Positions 1-11,810 of a stretch of 64,000 nucleotides of DNA are shown here, piece after piece. Positions within the stretch are counted from its first letter, which is position 1. Each line of letters opens with the position of its first letter. The position numbers and the translations under genes were made by a program. The stretch covers positions 46,996,001 to 47,060,000 of the forward strand of contig NC_073379.1 of assembly GCF_028641065.1 (NCBI RefSeq), in the 5' to 3' direction. The stretch comes from Leucoraja erinacea. Lineage: Eukaryota. A model generated the notes under the pieces. It was given only the letters and a program-made list of their open reading frames with translations. It did no database searches and was not told the DNA's origin.

Positions 1-509
1 CTGATGCATTTGTGTAAATAAAAAAATGATTGTTAGCAACTTGAATAGAGTGCAAACTCAGTCAAGTCATATTCAACTCTGAATGATAGCTCCATTTTGC
101 CAAAATGCAAGAAGCCTTTTGGTTTTATTTATAAATAATTTTGAAATTTCTCTTTGCAAATGAATATAGTCAGTTTCATCATCAAAAGAGTAAAGATGCA
201 CACCATTTACTACTTCCTGAGTAGTCGTTGGCTGAATATAAACAGATTTATTAATTGTTTAAGATGAGACAGTGAGCTAAAAGTTGGAGTCCCACACATT
301 TTCTGATGAGCATCCACCAATCCAATTAAAACCAAGCTTACTGACATATCTGTACCCAATGATGAACCAGTACACAATGAGTATGGATACCATGGAGAAA
401 TATTGTCATCATGAGCCCAAAAAGTGTGTAATAATTTATTCTGCAAGTTGCACTTACTTGCTGATATTTAATGAAGTCAGTGAAGTCAAATGTGTGAAGA
501 TGGGTCCAA

Positions 510-687
510 ATATTTTAAAGTCATTGATTGATATGTTCTTGATTAGTACGGATGTCAGAGGTTATAGGGAGAAGGTAGGAGAATGGGGTTAGGAGGGAGA
601 GGGGATAGATCAGCCATGATTGGATGGCAGAGTAGACTTGATGGGCCGAATGGCCTAATTCTGCTCCTATCACTTATGACCTTATGA
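510..687 (+). mobile_element. HER1-like CR1 LINE 3' end
   Basis: Tail GATGGGCCGAATGGCCTAATTCTGCTCCTAT followed by CTTATGA repeats; near-identical tails at 5825, 33645, 40250 and 45085. Confidence 0.8.
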
Positions 688-1249
688 AATGACAATGGAG
701 GCTGTTGCATTGACTTAGCATAAAATTAAATAGATCCCTCCTGTTAGTTGCAGGATTACGTTGAAAAATCCTGCAAATCTGAACTTCACTTTCTCCAACC
801 ATCATGCTGTATCAAGTGTATTTTCACTATATTTACCTCTTCCCTCAGTGTAAATTGACCTTGTTAGAAATCTGGGAACAGTGGGGTGGTGCAATCACTT
901 GTCTGCGAAAATAGTGAGCAGCTCAGGAAGTCAAAAATATCATAATAAGATAGGATGCGGGTGGAGGAAGAAGGAGATTAATTGTGTTCTGTTGAATTTG
1001 TCAATGCTTTATGAGAAGACAAATCCTTTCACATTTGTTTTGCTTCACAATTTGTAGATATAAATTACACCAAATCACTTGCAATCTCTTGAAAATAGTG
1101 TGAAATGCGGCATTGCTTTTTTTTAACTTTCAATCTTATTCACAGTGATATTCTTCTTTCTGATAGCTCATATCATATGCTGATGTAAAGCAGCTAACTG
1201 TGAGCAGCTTTCTAACAAATTTCACTAAGTTACAGAGTTGCTGCTTTGT

Positions 1250-1300
1250 TATCTATTATATAATTATATATTATATATTATATCTATTATATATTATATA
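1250..1300. repeat. AT-rich low-complexity (TATAT/ATATT)n
   Basis: Directly visible. Confidence 0.8.
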
Positions 1301-1419
1301 AAGTTAAACCTTTGGAATGTGCAGCCACATTATTTAACTGTGCTGAGCACTTCGCCCTAAATTTCAACTGGACCAGAACTTAATTCCAGATCAAATTATT
1401 CAAGTTTATCCTGACATAC

Positions 1420-1527
1420 CTTCAGTTGTGTCAATATAAAATGGTGCAATCGATTTACTTTGAGAGATGTAATGCTGATGTTTGCAGTGGCCAGATCAGC
1501 CTCTCCCCCCAGAAAGCCAGGTGGTGA
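1420..1527 (-). CDS. Candidate 108-nt internal exon (SPPGFLGGEADLATANISITSLKVNRLHHFILTQLK)
   Basis: Minus-strand acceptor CTTCTTTCAG and donor AAG|GTATGT; only the phase-0 frame is open; unique sequence. No partner exon recognised. Confidence 0.2.
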
Positions 1528-3084
1528 CTGAAAGAAGCTTTGACAGCCAATGACAGCTATGCCCTGAGCTTTAGTTGTCAAACCTTTATCGCTTTAATTT
1601 TTTCTGCATGTTCCTAACAAAATGAAACAATTCCAGTTTTAAAAATTGTTCAAATAAAAGAATTAAGTTAAAATATATAAAAGTATTACAGTAATTGCAA
1701 CTTTTTGAAAAATGTAAATTACTTTATTGTCATCCTACCTGTTTGCAGCCAATACTCCCCATTGAATGGTTCAATGGCTCAATTATTCTTTATTGTCATG
1801 TGTACCAAGGTACAGTGGAATACATTTTTTGTATATAAGTGAAAGGGCTTGGTATTCCTATCCCAGCTTTTATACCTAGCGCTAGTGCAAGAATGGCAAG
1901 TATATTTCAGTTTCTTCCCACTGCCCAAAGTCCTGTTATTTGGTGTGTAAATTGGTTACTGCAAGCTACCCCTTTTTTTGTGGGTGGTTGGATTAAAATA
2001 GAATTAATGGAGACGTGAGGAAGAGTAGGCTACAGGGGAATAAAGTGGGGGAATGAGATTGCTGGGATGATACTGGAGTCCACAAAGACTTGATGGGCCA
2101 AGGGGGCCTTCTTCTACATCATAGAAGTATCTGAACATGTCATGCAATGGGTATGCCTTTGGGACGACGGTGTTGCAGTTTACTAACTTGCTGCACAGTG
2201 CCAGATATGAAGGTGCACGATAGGGACTAAATAAATAACGTCATACTTTGGATTTATTGAAGTACAAAGCATTGACAGAATGGAAAGAAATCTAGAAGAT
2301 GGCGTGCTGATTCACTTCACAGCACAACATTTTTTGCCTGAAAATAATATCACCTTTAAAAATCCAACTATATCATTCCACTTCTTTGAATAAAATGTGC
2401 ATCTGTAACATCTTAGAGACATAATCAACAAACAGAAGCACATTTATAAATGTTTATTAACAGAACATTAAGGATTGATATCTGTGTCCTTCAGTTTTGT
2501 GCTCTGGAACTCTGTTCATTTGTGCAAATATATTCTTACATTTTTGTTTAATTTCAATTAAAGTGCAATTACCCTTCTTCTTCACGCCTTCAATGTTTTC
2601 AATCCTACCCCCATATAATAGTCCCTTATAACTATCTCCTGCAACTCCTGGGTAGTTATGAACCCAATTGGCCTGCATCACTTTACTGTTCCTTCAAGGA
2701 GCTGAGCCTGCAACAAACACCTATTGCAGGATTTGTGGATCATAATTTGGACTACAGCAGACTTTGAACTCTACATATTTCACACTTGTGAAGTGTGAGT
2801 GCTCTGAGATTTACACATTCCTGCTATCCTGCCAGATGGTGGTGGGAACTAAGCCCAGGCTGCTGTAACAGTAATTCAGGGAGATTTGCTGCGTGCAAAT
2901 ATATTAGTAAAACAAGCACAGATATACCAAGCACATCTATTGTTATACGGCATTGTGTTATTGTGAATTAGGCTGTCTGAGACTGTGAGTGTAGTCATTG
3001 AAGATGGCTTAAAAAGATGAATTTGCCAACTTTTACCACAAACATAAGGTCATTGAACAAAATGATAAATTCAGATTAGATCGA

Positions 3085-3245
3085 GTTATAGCAACATTTC
3101 AAGGTCATTTGTGCAGGTATATGGATAGGAAAGGTTTAGAGGGATATGAGCTAAATGAAGGCAGGTGGGACAAATGCAGATGAGACATCTTGGTCGGCAG
3201 GGACATTGGGCTAAAGGGCCTGTTTCCATGCAGTATTACTCTGTT
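3085..3245 (+). mobile_element. Degraded CR1 LINE 3' end
   Basis: ATGGATAGGAAAGGTTTAGAGGGATATG...GGGCTAAAGGGCCTGTTTCC tail. Confidence 0.7.
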
Positions 3246-3439
3246 AGTTTATTGTCATATATTCCAGGGTCACTGAAATTTGTTGGTCACATGATGCTCT
3301 TAGAGTAAACAATACAATGACGTCCAAAACAGCAGAAAGGCACAAAATTGTAATGCACTCTGAAGTAGTGCATACACATTAAACTATAGTAATGGAATAA
3401 CGGAATAAGGAAGAGGTCAGAGTAAGATTGTGACAGCAC

Positions 3440-3813
3440 CTCCAGGAAGGAGGTGTGATCGAGGTGATTGCTTCAGCAGTCTCATAGCAGTGTGGAAGAA
3501 GTTGTTCTTAAGTCTGGATGTCTGGGCTTTCAAGCTCCTGCATCTTTCCAAGAAGGTAGAAGAGGGAAAAAAGAAAAGCTGATACTTTTAACTTTCCTGA
3601 TGAAGGTGAAGATGGGCTGGATATAAGGAAGTGATGATCCTGTGATGGACTGGGCTGTGTCCATTACTCTCTGCAGTTTTGGACAGTCAAGGACAGAGCA
3701 GTTGACATATTGGGCTGAGATGCATCTCGTCAAAATACTTTATGAGTGCTTCTGTAGAAGTTTGAACAAATCACGTGGACTTGCCGAATCTTCTCAGACC
3801 TCTGAGAAAGTAA
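3440..3813 (-). mobile_element. Rex1/Babar-like LINE fragment, C-terminal part (split by Harbinger)
   Basis: ORF 3530-3733 LQRVMDTAQSITGSSLP; removing the Harbinger restores KKVHQRIYFLRGLRRFG. Confidence 0.8.
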
Positions 3814-4141
3814 AGCCCCTGTCCCACTTTCACAACCCAATTCGCGACTTCTGACGACCCTAAACGACCTAAAAAAAACCCAAGGTCGTGGTAACCTACA
3901 ACCTCCTACAGCCTTCCACGACTATGTGTACGACCTCCAACGACCTTCCATGACTATGTGTACGACCTCCTACGACTATGTTGAAGACCTCCCATTACCA
4001 TGTTGAAGACTGGCTTTGACCATATATGTTTTACTGCTGTTTGCAGTAGCCCTTTTTCTTCAGCAACCTTTTATGAAAGGCAGAAGGGGAAGAGCAAGGG
4101 TGAAGAGGAAGCACAAGAAGAGTTCTCAATGGGTGAATGGA

Positions 4142-4257
4142 GATGACGTGATGGACTGTCCCAATACACCAGATGACTGGAAGAGAATGGCGCTAGGCTT
4201 TGACAAAAGATGGAACTTTAAGCACACATGTGGGGCAGTGGATGGCAAGCATGCCAT
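4142..4257 (+). pseudogene. Harbinger DDE transposase remnant
   Basis: CPNTPDDWKRMALGFDKRWNFKHTCGAVDGKH matches the Harbinger WNFPxCxGAxDGKH motif containing the first catalytic Asp. Confidence 0.88.
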
Positions 4258-4615
4258 TCGTGTCCTTGTCCCTGTACCCCTCATTTTCCTTTTCGTACAG
4301 GATGGCATTCTGCTGGAACCATTCCTCAAGGGCCCCCTCCTGCTGCCTGGTGAAGGTGTAGGGCATAACCTTCCTCCGGTCCTCCCTCACCACCAATGGG
4401 GATCTGCCTCTGATGCTGTGTCAGACACAGGAGAAAAGGTTGCCCTGCTGCCTTCAAATGAGGCAGTGAAGGATGGGGTGGAGTTGGGGACATATACTAC
4501 CACCCTGGTCTCCTCCTCCAGGGGTCTCTCATGCAGGGCTACCTCCTCCTGCACAGTCACCTCCTGTGGCATCACCTCCTGCCACTCCTCCTTCTGGGTG
4601 GGCAACACCTGCATG
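4255..4615 (-). pseudogene. Harbinger Myb/MADF-like DNA-binding ORF remnant
   Basis: Acidic N-terminus, then FTRQQEGALEEWFQQNAILYEKENEGYRDKD resembling the start of a MADF domain; frameshifted and truncated. Confidence 0.75.
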
Positions 4616-5152
4616 GCCGTTTTTGTTTTAGGGTTGTGCCCTCCCCCTGCGCTGCTGCCTTTTTCATGCCATCTCTAAAACACAAGTTCCCTCTCCAAAA
4701 AACTCTCCAGCTATGAATGAACATGCCTTGGAGTGAACATGCCTAGACGTTCTCTGATTAAATAACCTTTTTTTTTCTAGTGACCTTTTTTTCACCCCGT
4801 AGCTATTACCTTCGACTGCCTCCAACCACCTACGACTACCTACGACTAGCATCACGGCCTACTATGACCTACCTACGACCTACCTACGACCTACCTACGA
4901 GTAAAATATATTGATTTTTTCCATGCCAACCTTTTTTTTACTGGTGGACATTTATCAGGTTAGAAAAAACGCCGCGACCTACATGATGCCACGAGTACCT
5001 ATGACTAACAACACAACCTGCTACGACCTACCTACCACCTCCTACGACCTCCTATGATCTCCTACGACCTCGTTGCGACCATGCTGCGAGTATGAGTCAA
5101 GGGCAAACTCGGCATTGGTCATGAATTAGGTCATGAAAGTGTGAGAGGGGCT

Positions 5153-5545
5153 TAAATACGCTGATGCACTTTCTTGATCGGAGAACAATAGGAAAGAACC
5201 GGTTAGAATGCTGTTGATATTGATGCCAAGGAACTTGAAGCTGTTGACCATCTCTGCAGCAGCTCCATTGATGTGGATTGGATTATGTTCAGCCTTGTCT
5301 ACTATTCTGTAGGTCAATGACTGACCCCCTTGTCTTGCTGGCATTAAGAGCTAGTTGTTGTTTTGACACTATGACACAAGGTCTTGAAGTCTTTGCTATA
5401 TTTCATTTTAGCATTGTTGCACATCGGTGCAATGTGTGATTAACAAATTTAAAGATGGAACTGGCATTATCCTTGACCACACAGTCACAGATGATACAAC
5501 GAGTAGAGCAAGGGACCGAGAACACAACCCAGAGAGGAACCAATG
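5153..5545 (-). mobile_element. Rex1/Babar-like LINE fragment (RT/thumb region)
   Basis: HNPIHINGAAAEMVNSFKFLGINI; homologous to 56512-56784. Confidence 0.8.
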
Positions 5546-5824
5546 AATTGGTTCATTGTTGTCATGTGTATCCATGATACAGTGAAAAACATACCCTTCG
5601 GCCTTTTGAGTACCTTGTCACCATCACCCATCCATTTACACTAATCCTACAGTAATCACATTATTTAATTCTCCCCACATTCTCACCAACTCTCCCTATA
5701 TTCTATCACTGACCTAGACATTACAGGCCAATTGAGCCACCAACTTGCATGTCAAGAATGTTCAAACGGATAGTCAAATTCCTGCTATTATACATTATGA
5801 TGATCAGTAGACAGAACTGGGTTC

Positions 5825-6025
5825 ATATGGAAGCAGTGGAGGTCAAGTCAATGGATATTCTTATGGTAGAGGTACATAGATTCTGGATTAGTACAGGTGT
5901 CAGTGGTTATGGGGAGAAGGCAGGAGAATGGGATTGAGGGAGCGAGTTAGATCAGACATGATTGAATAGCTGAGTAACCTTGATGGGCCAAATGGCCTGA
6001 TTCTGCTCCTACCATTTATGAACAT
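5825..6025 (+). mobile_element. HER1-like CR1 3' end
   Basis: EAVEVKSMDI C-terminus plus the conserved tail. Confidence 0.8.
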
Positions 6026-6310
6026 GGTGAAAATGGATATACGGTATGCAAGTCAGTTGTACATGGGTTGCCAGTTCCCATATTTGGAGATTCATATGTG
6101 ATTATATATATATGGCACTTTATTGCTCCTGGAGAATTCTGGCCATCTCATGATCTGTGCATTCACAAAAGAAGAAAAGAAATGTAGACCACTGGTGACA
6201 CAGCAGCACAGCTGGTTAAGCTACTGCCTCACAGTGTCAGAGACCCTGGTTCAATCCTGACCTTAGGTGCTGCATGTGTGGAGTTTGCATGTTCTCCCTT
6301 GACCATGTGT

Positions 6311-6810
6311 CAACAAAATAGAGAGAGTACAGAGGAGATTTACTAGAATGTTGCCTGGGTTTCAACAACTAAGTTACAGAGAAAGGTTGCATAAGTTAGG
6401 TCTTTATTCTCTGGAGCGCAGAAGGTTAAGGGGGGACTTGATAGAGGTCTTTAAAATGATGAGAGGGATAGACAGAGTTGATGTGGATCAGCTTTTCCCT
6501 TTGAGAATAGGGAAGATTCAAACAAGAGGACATGACTTCAGAATTAAGGGACAGAGGTTTAGGGGTAACATGAGAGGGAACTTCTTTACTCAGAGAGTGG
6601 TAGCGGTGTGGAATGAGCTTCCAGTGGAAGTGGTGGAGGCAGGTTCGTTGGTATAATTTAAAAATAAATTGGATAGGCATATGGATGAGAAGGGAATGGA
6701 GGGTTATGGTATGAGTGCAGGCAGGTGGGACTAAGGGGAAAAAAAAGTTGTTCGGCACGGACTCGTAGGGCCGAGATGGCCTGTTTCCGTGCTGTAATTG
6801 TTATATGGTT
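6311..6810 (+). mobile_element. 5'-truncated CR1 LINE (ORF2 C-terminus)
   Basis: LSYRERLHKLGLYSLERRRLRGDLIEVFK...FFTQRVVAVWNELP; TSD ATGTGT at 6305-6310 and 6811-6816. Confidence 0.92.
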
Positions 6811-6942
6811 ATGTGTGCTTCCTCCAGCTGCTCTGGTTTCCTCCCACATCCCAAAGATGTATGATTTTCCTGGTTAATTGGCCTTTGTAAATTCCCCCTA
6901 TTGTGGAGGGAATGGATGCAAATGTGGGATAACATAGAACTA

Positions 6943-7247
6943 CCGGTGGCACGATGGCACAGCGGTGGAGTTGTTGCCCTACAGCGCGAGAGACCCAGAT
7001 TCAATCCTGAATAAAGGTGCTTGTCTGTACCGAGTTTGTTTGTTCTCCCCAAGACCTGCGTGGGTTTTCTCTGGTGTCCCCCACACTCCAAAGACGTGCA
7101 GGTTTTGTAGGTTAATTGGATTGGTATCATTGTAAATTTCTCCAGTGTGTGTAGGATAGTGTAAGTGTGCGGGGATTGCTGGTCGGTGCGGACTCGATGG
7201 TGTGGGCTGATGGGCCTGTTTCCACGCTGTATTTCTACACTAAACTA
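6943..7247 (+). mobile_element. HE1-like SINE nested in a SINE
   Basis: Full head to (TAAAC)n tail; TSD AACTA at 6938-6942 and 7248-7252. Confidence 0.85.
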
Positions 7248-9211
7248 AACTAGTGTGAATGTGAGTTTGATGGTTGGCATGGACTCGGTGGGCCGAAGGG
7301 CTGGTATCTCTCAACTAAACACTAAACTAAGCCTAAAAACCTGAATCCATCATGTTACGCTGTAATTCAGCAGTTGCTCATTCCTCACATCCAGCTCACA
7401 AGCCTGAGTCCAGATGCAGTACATTTCTGAACAGATCCATCACTTGCCTGAGGCGAGAGGAGTTTGAAGGCTCACAGGGCTGGCAGAAGTTGGGGAGCCC
7501 TCCTACATCAGAATTAAATAAACTGGTGAAGATGGCTTTTATAAACAGTACCATCTGGAGAAATGAAGTGGGTATTTCTTTTTGATTTATATAAACTGTA
7601 TGTCAGATAAATACATTGAAAAGAAGAGACAACGTACCGATTGTTTCTGCCTTTCAGCAGGAGAGGTAAAACTAGATGGTAAGCTTCAGAGATTATTTTT
7701 ATTTATGTGGATGCCTGTGGAATTCAGCCTGCACATAATGGTTCTGAGGTTTTCCGTAATAGATATTTCCAATATGCGTTTGGGCATTTATAATCTCTTT
7801 CCTGGGTGGAAATAAATTCCAGCACAAAACTACCCCTAATTTGTCTCTGACAGAATTGTTTTATGATGTGTGGCACGAGAAATTGATGGTGTCACATTGG
7901 TGCAAAGAGTTTGTTCATCTGAGGTTGTTACTCCAGGCATAGTCTTGGGGGCAAAGTCAATTCCCCGGTTCAACTGGGAATGTTTGATGCCTGCACTCAG
8001 TTCACAGAGCTGTTGTGTTTCCTCAGGACAGACACTCCTTTCTTCGATTTCAGAAAAATAAATCACTGGTGCCATGCAATTGATTATAAATTCAAAGTTC
8101 CTCTTCAATTTTAAGTAGTGATAAAATCAAATCATTTATTATCAATACAGTGAATTAAAACACCGATTGCTTATCATATTGTATACCCAGAGTGGATTAA
8201 AGAATGAGATTCATCAAGAAATGACGACAAGTAATGAAGAACCAGGTTAAAGTTTAACATAACAGTGTTTATTTTCTGACCCACCAACCTCACCGCCATT
8301 ACTTCGCCGAAGTGTTGAGCTTCAGTGGAAATCGCTCAACCTTGAAGAGAAAATGAAGGTGGAGCACTGGGAGCCACTCAATCTTTCAGCAGTCTGTACA
8401 TGTGCCGGAACAGTGCTTTCTCAAATTGCAGAGCTTTAGATTATGCTGGAAATTACTCCATCTCTTCAAATTCCAATGGACACTTTCACTAAATGGCGTG
8501 TGTTTAGTGCAGGCTTTGTGAGGCTGGGATGCCTACACCAGAATCATAATTAACACTAATGGGATGTTATTGAAGGTGCGTGCTGCTTTGTGTCTGGGTC
8601 GTAATGAAGCATTTTATTAAGGAACGACTGTGCATAATAGTTATAATAGATCCGATGCTTAAAATTGCAAACAGAGAGTTATTAAAAGGATTTTTTTTCA
8701 GGATTTAATATCCCTCTCTTGTTAAGCTAGCATCAGCTAATGGCACAAATCTGAACAGAATTGCACTGCTGTGATGACACATGATTTTGTAGTAATAAAA
8801 CACTTAATTATTCAATCATTCAGCGTGTTGACATAGATTTCAGAAAACAGCAGTCACAGCTGTAGTTTCCTTGCTTCTCCTGGAAGCCATGACCAGTGAA
8901 AACAAATTAACACTGTGAGATTACAAAAGTTGTTTTGAATATTTTTCCTTACATTTGTGAATCCTTAATTTTTTTTTCCCCCTGTGAATAACTACTTAAA
9001 ATTGATAAGTATGTGAATGTAAGATAAATTAAGGTTTTGGCATTTACAGAAAATCAAACCATCCAGTGAGTTATTCCCTTATCAAGGCTCGATTATTAAC
9101 ATGTTTCATCTTTCTGCAGACTGATTAGCCCGCATCAAAAGCTTTTTCACTGCACCTCTGTACACATGACAATAAACTAAACTGAGCTCTAGACAATAAA
9201 CTAAACTGATA

Positions 9212-10670
9212 CGAACACAAAACTGCTGGAGGAACTCAACAGCTCAGACTGCACCCGTGGAGGGAATGGACAGGCAATGCCATGAATTGGGACCATTCAG
9301 ACCTCAGAATCTGAAGAAGGGTCCTGACCCAAAATGCAGCACAGGTGCACAACCTTTTATCCGGTGTTCCGGAAACCGAAAAACTCCGAAAACCGGCCAT
9401 TTTTTTTCCAGGATGTCGTCTGCACACCAAAGCTCGTGTTTGGTGCCAAACTTGACCCGAAACGACCCACGGTCAACCCAGGTCTGTACTACTGTAGCGG
9501 CTGCCTCCTCCCCGGAGACCGGGGAGACACTTAAACATCTGTAAATCATTGCTTAAATGTTAGTCAGTTAGTTTGGAGGGCTTCTATGTGAGGGGGAAAC
9601 TTTAATTCTTAGTCCCCTACCTGGTCGGAGAGGCGGGGAGCGGTCAATGTCTTACTGGGTCGCCGTGCAGTAAGCTCCGTAGCGCTGTGGCTGCCAACTC
9701 CCAGCTGGGGCTGCGGGCATCCGGCAACGGGCGGCGCCGGTTGTAGCTCCGACCCCGGCAACTCTACCCCTGGCTGCGCAGCGCTCCAAATCCATCGCGG
9801 CCCGCGGCCGGACGCCCGCAGCGCCAGCTCCGCGATGTTGTATGTCGGCGGCCACAGCGCTCCGGAGCTTACCGCACGGCGACGCGGTAAGGCATTGCCC
9901 GCTCCCCGCTGGTATCCATTGCCCCGCCGACTCCCCGCGGAGCTGGTATCCCAGCGAGCGGTGCTGGATTTGGAGCACCTCGCAGCCGGGGTAGAGTTGC
10001 CGGGGTCCCTCCAACATCGCGGCGCTGGGTCCCCAGCTACGGGCCATCCGCTCCGCGAGCGGTGCTGGATTTGGAGCGCCTCGCAGCCAGGGGTAGAGTT
10101 GCCGGGGTCGGAGCTCCAACCGGCGCCGCCCGCGGCCGGAAGATGCCCGCAGCCCCCAGCTCCACAATGTTGGGACTCGGCGGCCATAGCGCTCCGGAGC
10201 TTACTGCACAGCGACCCGGTAAGGCATTGCCCGCTCCCCGCCTCTCCGACCAGGTAGGGGACTGAGAATTAAAGTTTCCCCCTTCACCCCCCCCCACCAC
10301 ATAAAATCCCTCCAAACTAACTGACTAACATTTATGCAATGATTTATAATGATTCCCCGGTCTCCAGGGAGGAGGCAGCCGCTCCAGACTTTTCAAGCCA
10401 CCCGCGCTACCTACCTAATCTATGCTAAAAATCTTCCATTCGGAAATCCGAAAATTTCCGAAATCCGACAAGTGTCTGGTCCCAAGGCTTTCGGATAAAA
10501 GGTTGTGCACCTGTATGTCCATTTCCTCCCTTTTTTCTGACACTTGGATCTGAAAAAAGCTTCCAACCCAAAATATCATCTGTCCATCCCCTCCACAGAT
10601 GCTGCCTGACCCGACATGTTTGTCCAGCATATTGTGCTTGGCTCAAGATTCCAGCATCTGCAGTTCTGCG
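9212..10670. mobile_element. Degraded Penelope pLTR-derived element interrupted by a MITE
   Basis: TGCTGGAGGAACTCA...CTGAAGAAGGGTCCTGACCC on the left; CCACAGATGCTGCCTGACC...CCAGCATCTGCAG on the right. Confidence 0.65.
9342..10513. mobile_element. Tc1/mariner (Tigger/pogo-like) non-autonomous element with GC-rich fold-back interior
   Basis: Perfect 22-bp TIR CAGGTGCACAACCTTTTATCCG; TA on the right flank and CA on the left (possibly a mutated TA TSD). Confidence 0.85.
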
Positions 10671-11224
10671 TGAACTGAGTTCTTGTATAATTTGGCCCCA
10701 TTTAAGGTCCACACACTAATTTACTTTCCACCAGTAAAAGGTGAACCAGGTGCACCATCACAGATTGTTATGCGTTGTATTTAGGAACATGGGACTTAGG
10801 AGCAGGTTTTGGCTCCATTGTCTAATGGGATCATGCTTGATCTTGTACCTTGTTTTCTATTATGTACGATGATTAGAAATCTTATGATTTAAAACTCTCT
10901 TAACCTCTGTCTTGCCAATACAAAATGAGTGACTGCAGAATAAGCTCTGCAATACGTTGGAATAAAGAATTTTGAAGATCTATATCCCTCTAAGAAAATA
11001 ACTTTCTCTTCATCTCTGTGCTTAGAGGTCAATGCTTGTCCTTAGCCTATGGCCCTTATTTCCACACTCTCCATTCTAAAAAAAACATTCCCACAGTTTC
11101 TACCTTGTCTAACCCTCAGGATTCTGTATGTCAATGAGATCTCTACTGCTACCAAACTCCAGGGTGTTTAGGCCAATCATAATCTGTCCTGTCGGACAAG
11201 ATGCTAATTCTATTGAATCTAATC

Positions 11225-11420
11225 TTCTACCTGACAGGAAAGGGGAGATGAGAAATGACCAGAGTGTGAGCTGCCCTAGATAATGTTAGCTGTTTTCCTG
11301 AGGCAGCATGAACTGTAGATTAAGCTGAGTGTGGTGGAAGGAGTGGAGAAGGGGGCAGCTGGTTGGTGGGTTATGCTGGGCTATCTCCTGCAGTTTCTTG
11401 TGGTCTTGTGCAAAGCAGTT
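11225..11420 (-). mobile_element. Degraded Rex1-like LINE 3' fragment
   Basis: Similar to 15380-15560 (CTGACAGGAAAGGGGAGA...TTTCCTGAGGCAGC). Confidence 0.6.
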
Positions 11421-11621
11421 ATCATTGCAAAAGTACATGTCTTCTCCCCACACTGTCCTTTACTTGAAATCTGCACTTAGTAATATATCACCCACTGACC
11501 CATAACCCTTTAATGTATACACAACTTTTTACATTTAACTGAAACAAGAGCAGATTTGAGAAATCTGCCTTCAAAGAATGCAAACAACTTTCAGTGCAAA
11601 GCATTTCAGGGCACATGCCCT

Positions 11622-11810
11622 CTCCAGTTTATGAATACCCAACTTATGTACAACCCATGCATATGAAGTGAGACTGACGAGACGGATTTGCCGGCTGCTG
11701 CACGGCGACAGGTATTTTCTGCCGTGAGGGAACTCGGTTAGTGGCTGCACTTCGCACGTACAAACCTACTACATGTTATGAACAGTTAACATGAACGAAA
11801 CCCTGCCTTT
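11622..11810. mobile_element. Old Tigger-like MITE remnant
   Basis: Resembles 42975-43196 (ACTTATGTA...AAACCCTG), which ends in ACCTG|TA. Confidence 0.4.

Larger units (their letters stand above)
3814..5152 (+). mobile_element. PIF/Harbinger DNA transposon, internally deleted
   Basis: About 35-bp imperfect TIRs starting AGCCCCT(G/C)TC(C/A)CACTTTCA; TAA TSD at 3811-3813 and 5153-5155; transposase and MADF remnants inside. Confidence 0.92.
6194..7335 (+). mobile_element. HE1-like tRNA-derived SINE hosting two insertions
   Basis: tRNA head with B box GGTTCAATCC; body resumes at 6817 and 7253 and is colinear with the uninterrupted copy at 22575-22892. Confidence 0.85.

Noticed and set aside
4016-4678. 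220-aa ORF as a host gene (for example HARBI1-like)
   Set aside because: Only about 40 aa are transposase-like; the rest is antisense of the MADF ORF inside a TIR/TSD-bounded element.
4825-5085. CRISPR-like repeat array
   Set aside because: Units are 7-11 bp with no unique spacers; they are transposon subterminal repeats in eukaryotic DNA.
9609-10315. Cluster of long overlapping ORFs or a CpG-island promoter
   Set aside because: Stop-poor GC-rich MITE interior, open in several frames on both strands, with no domain motif.
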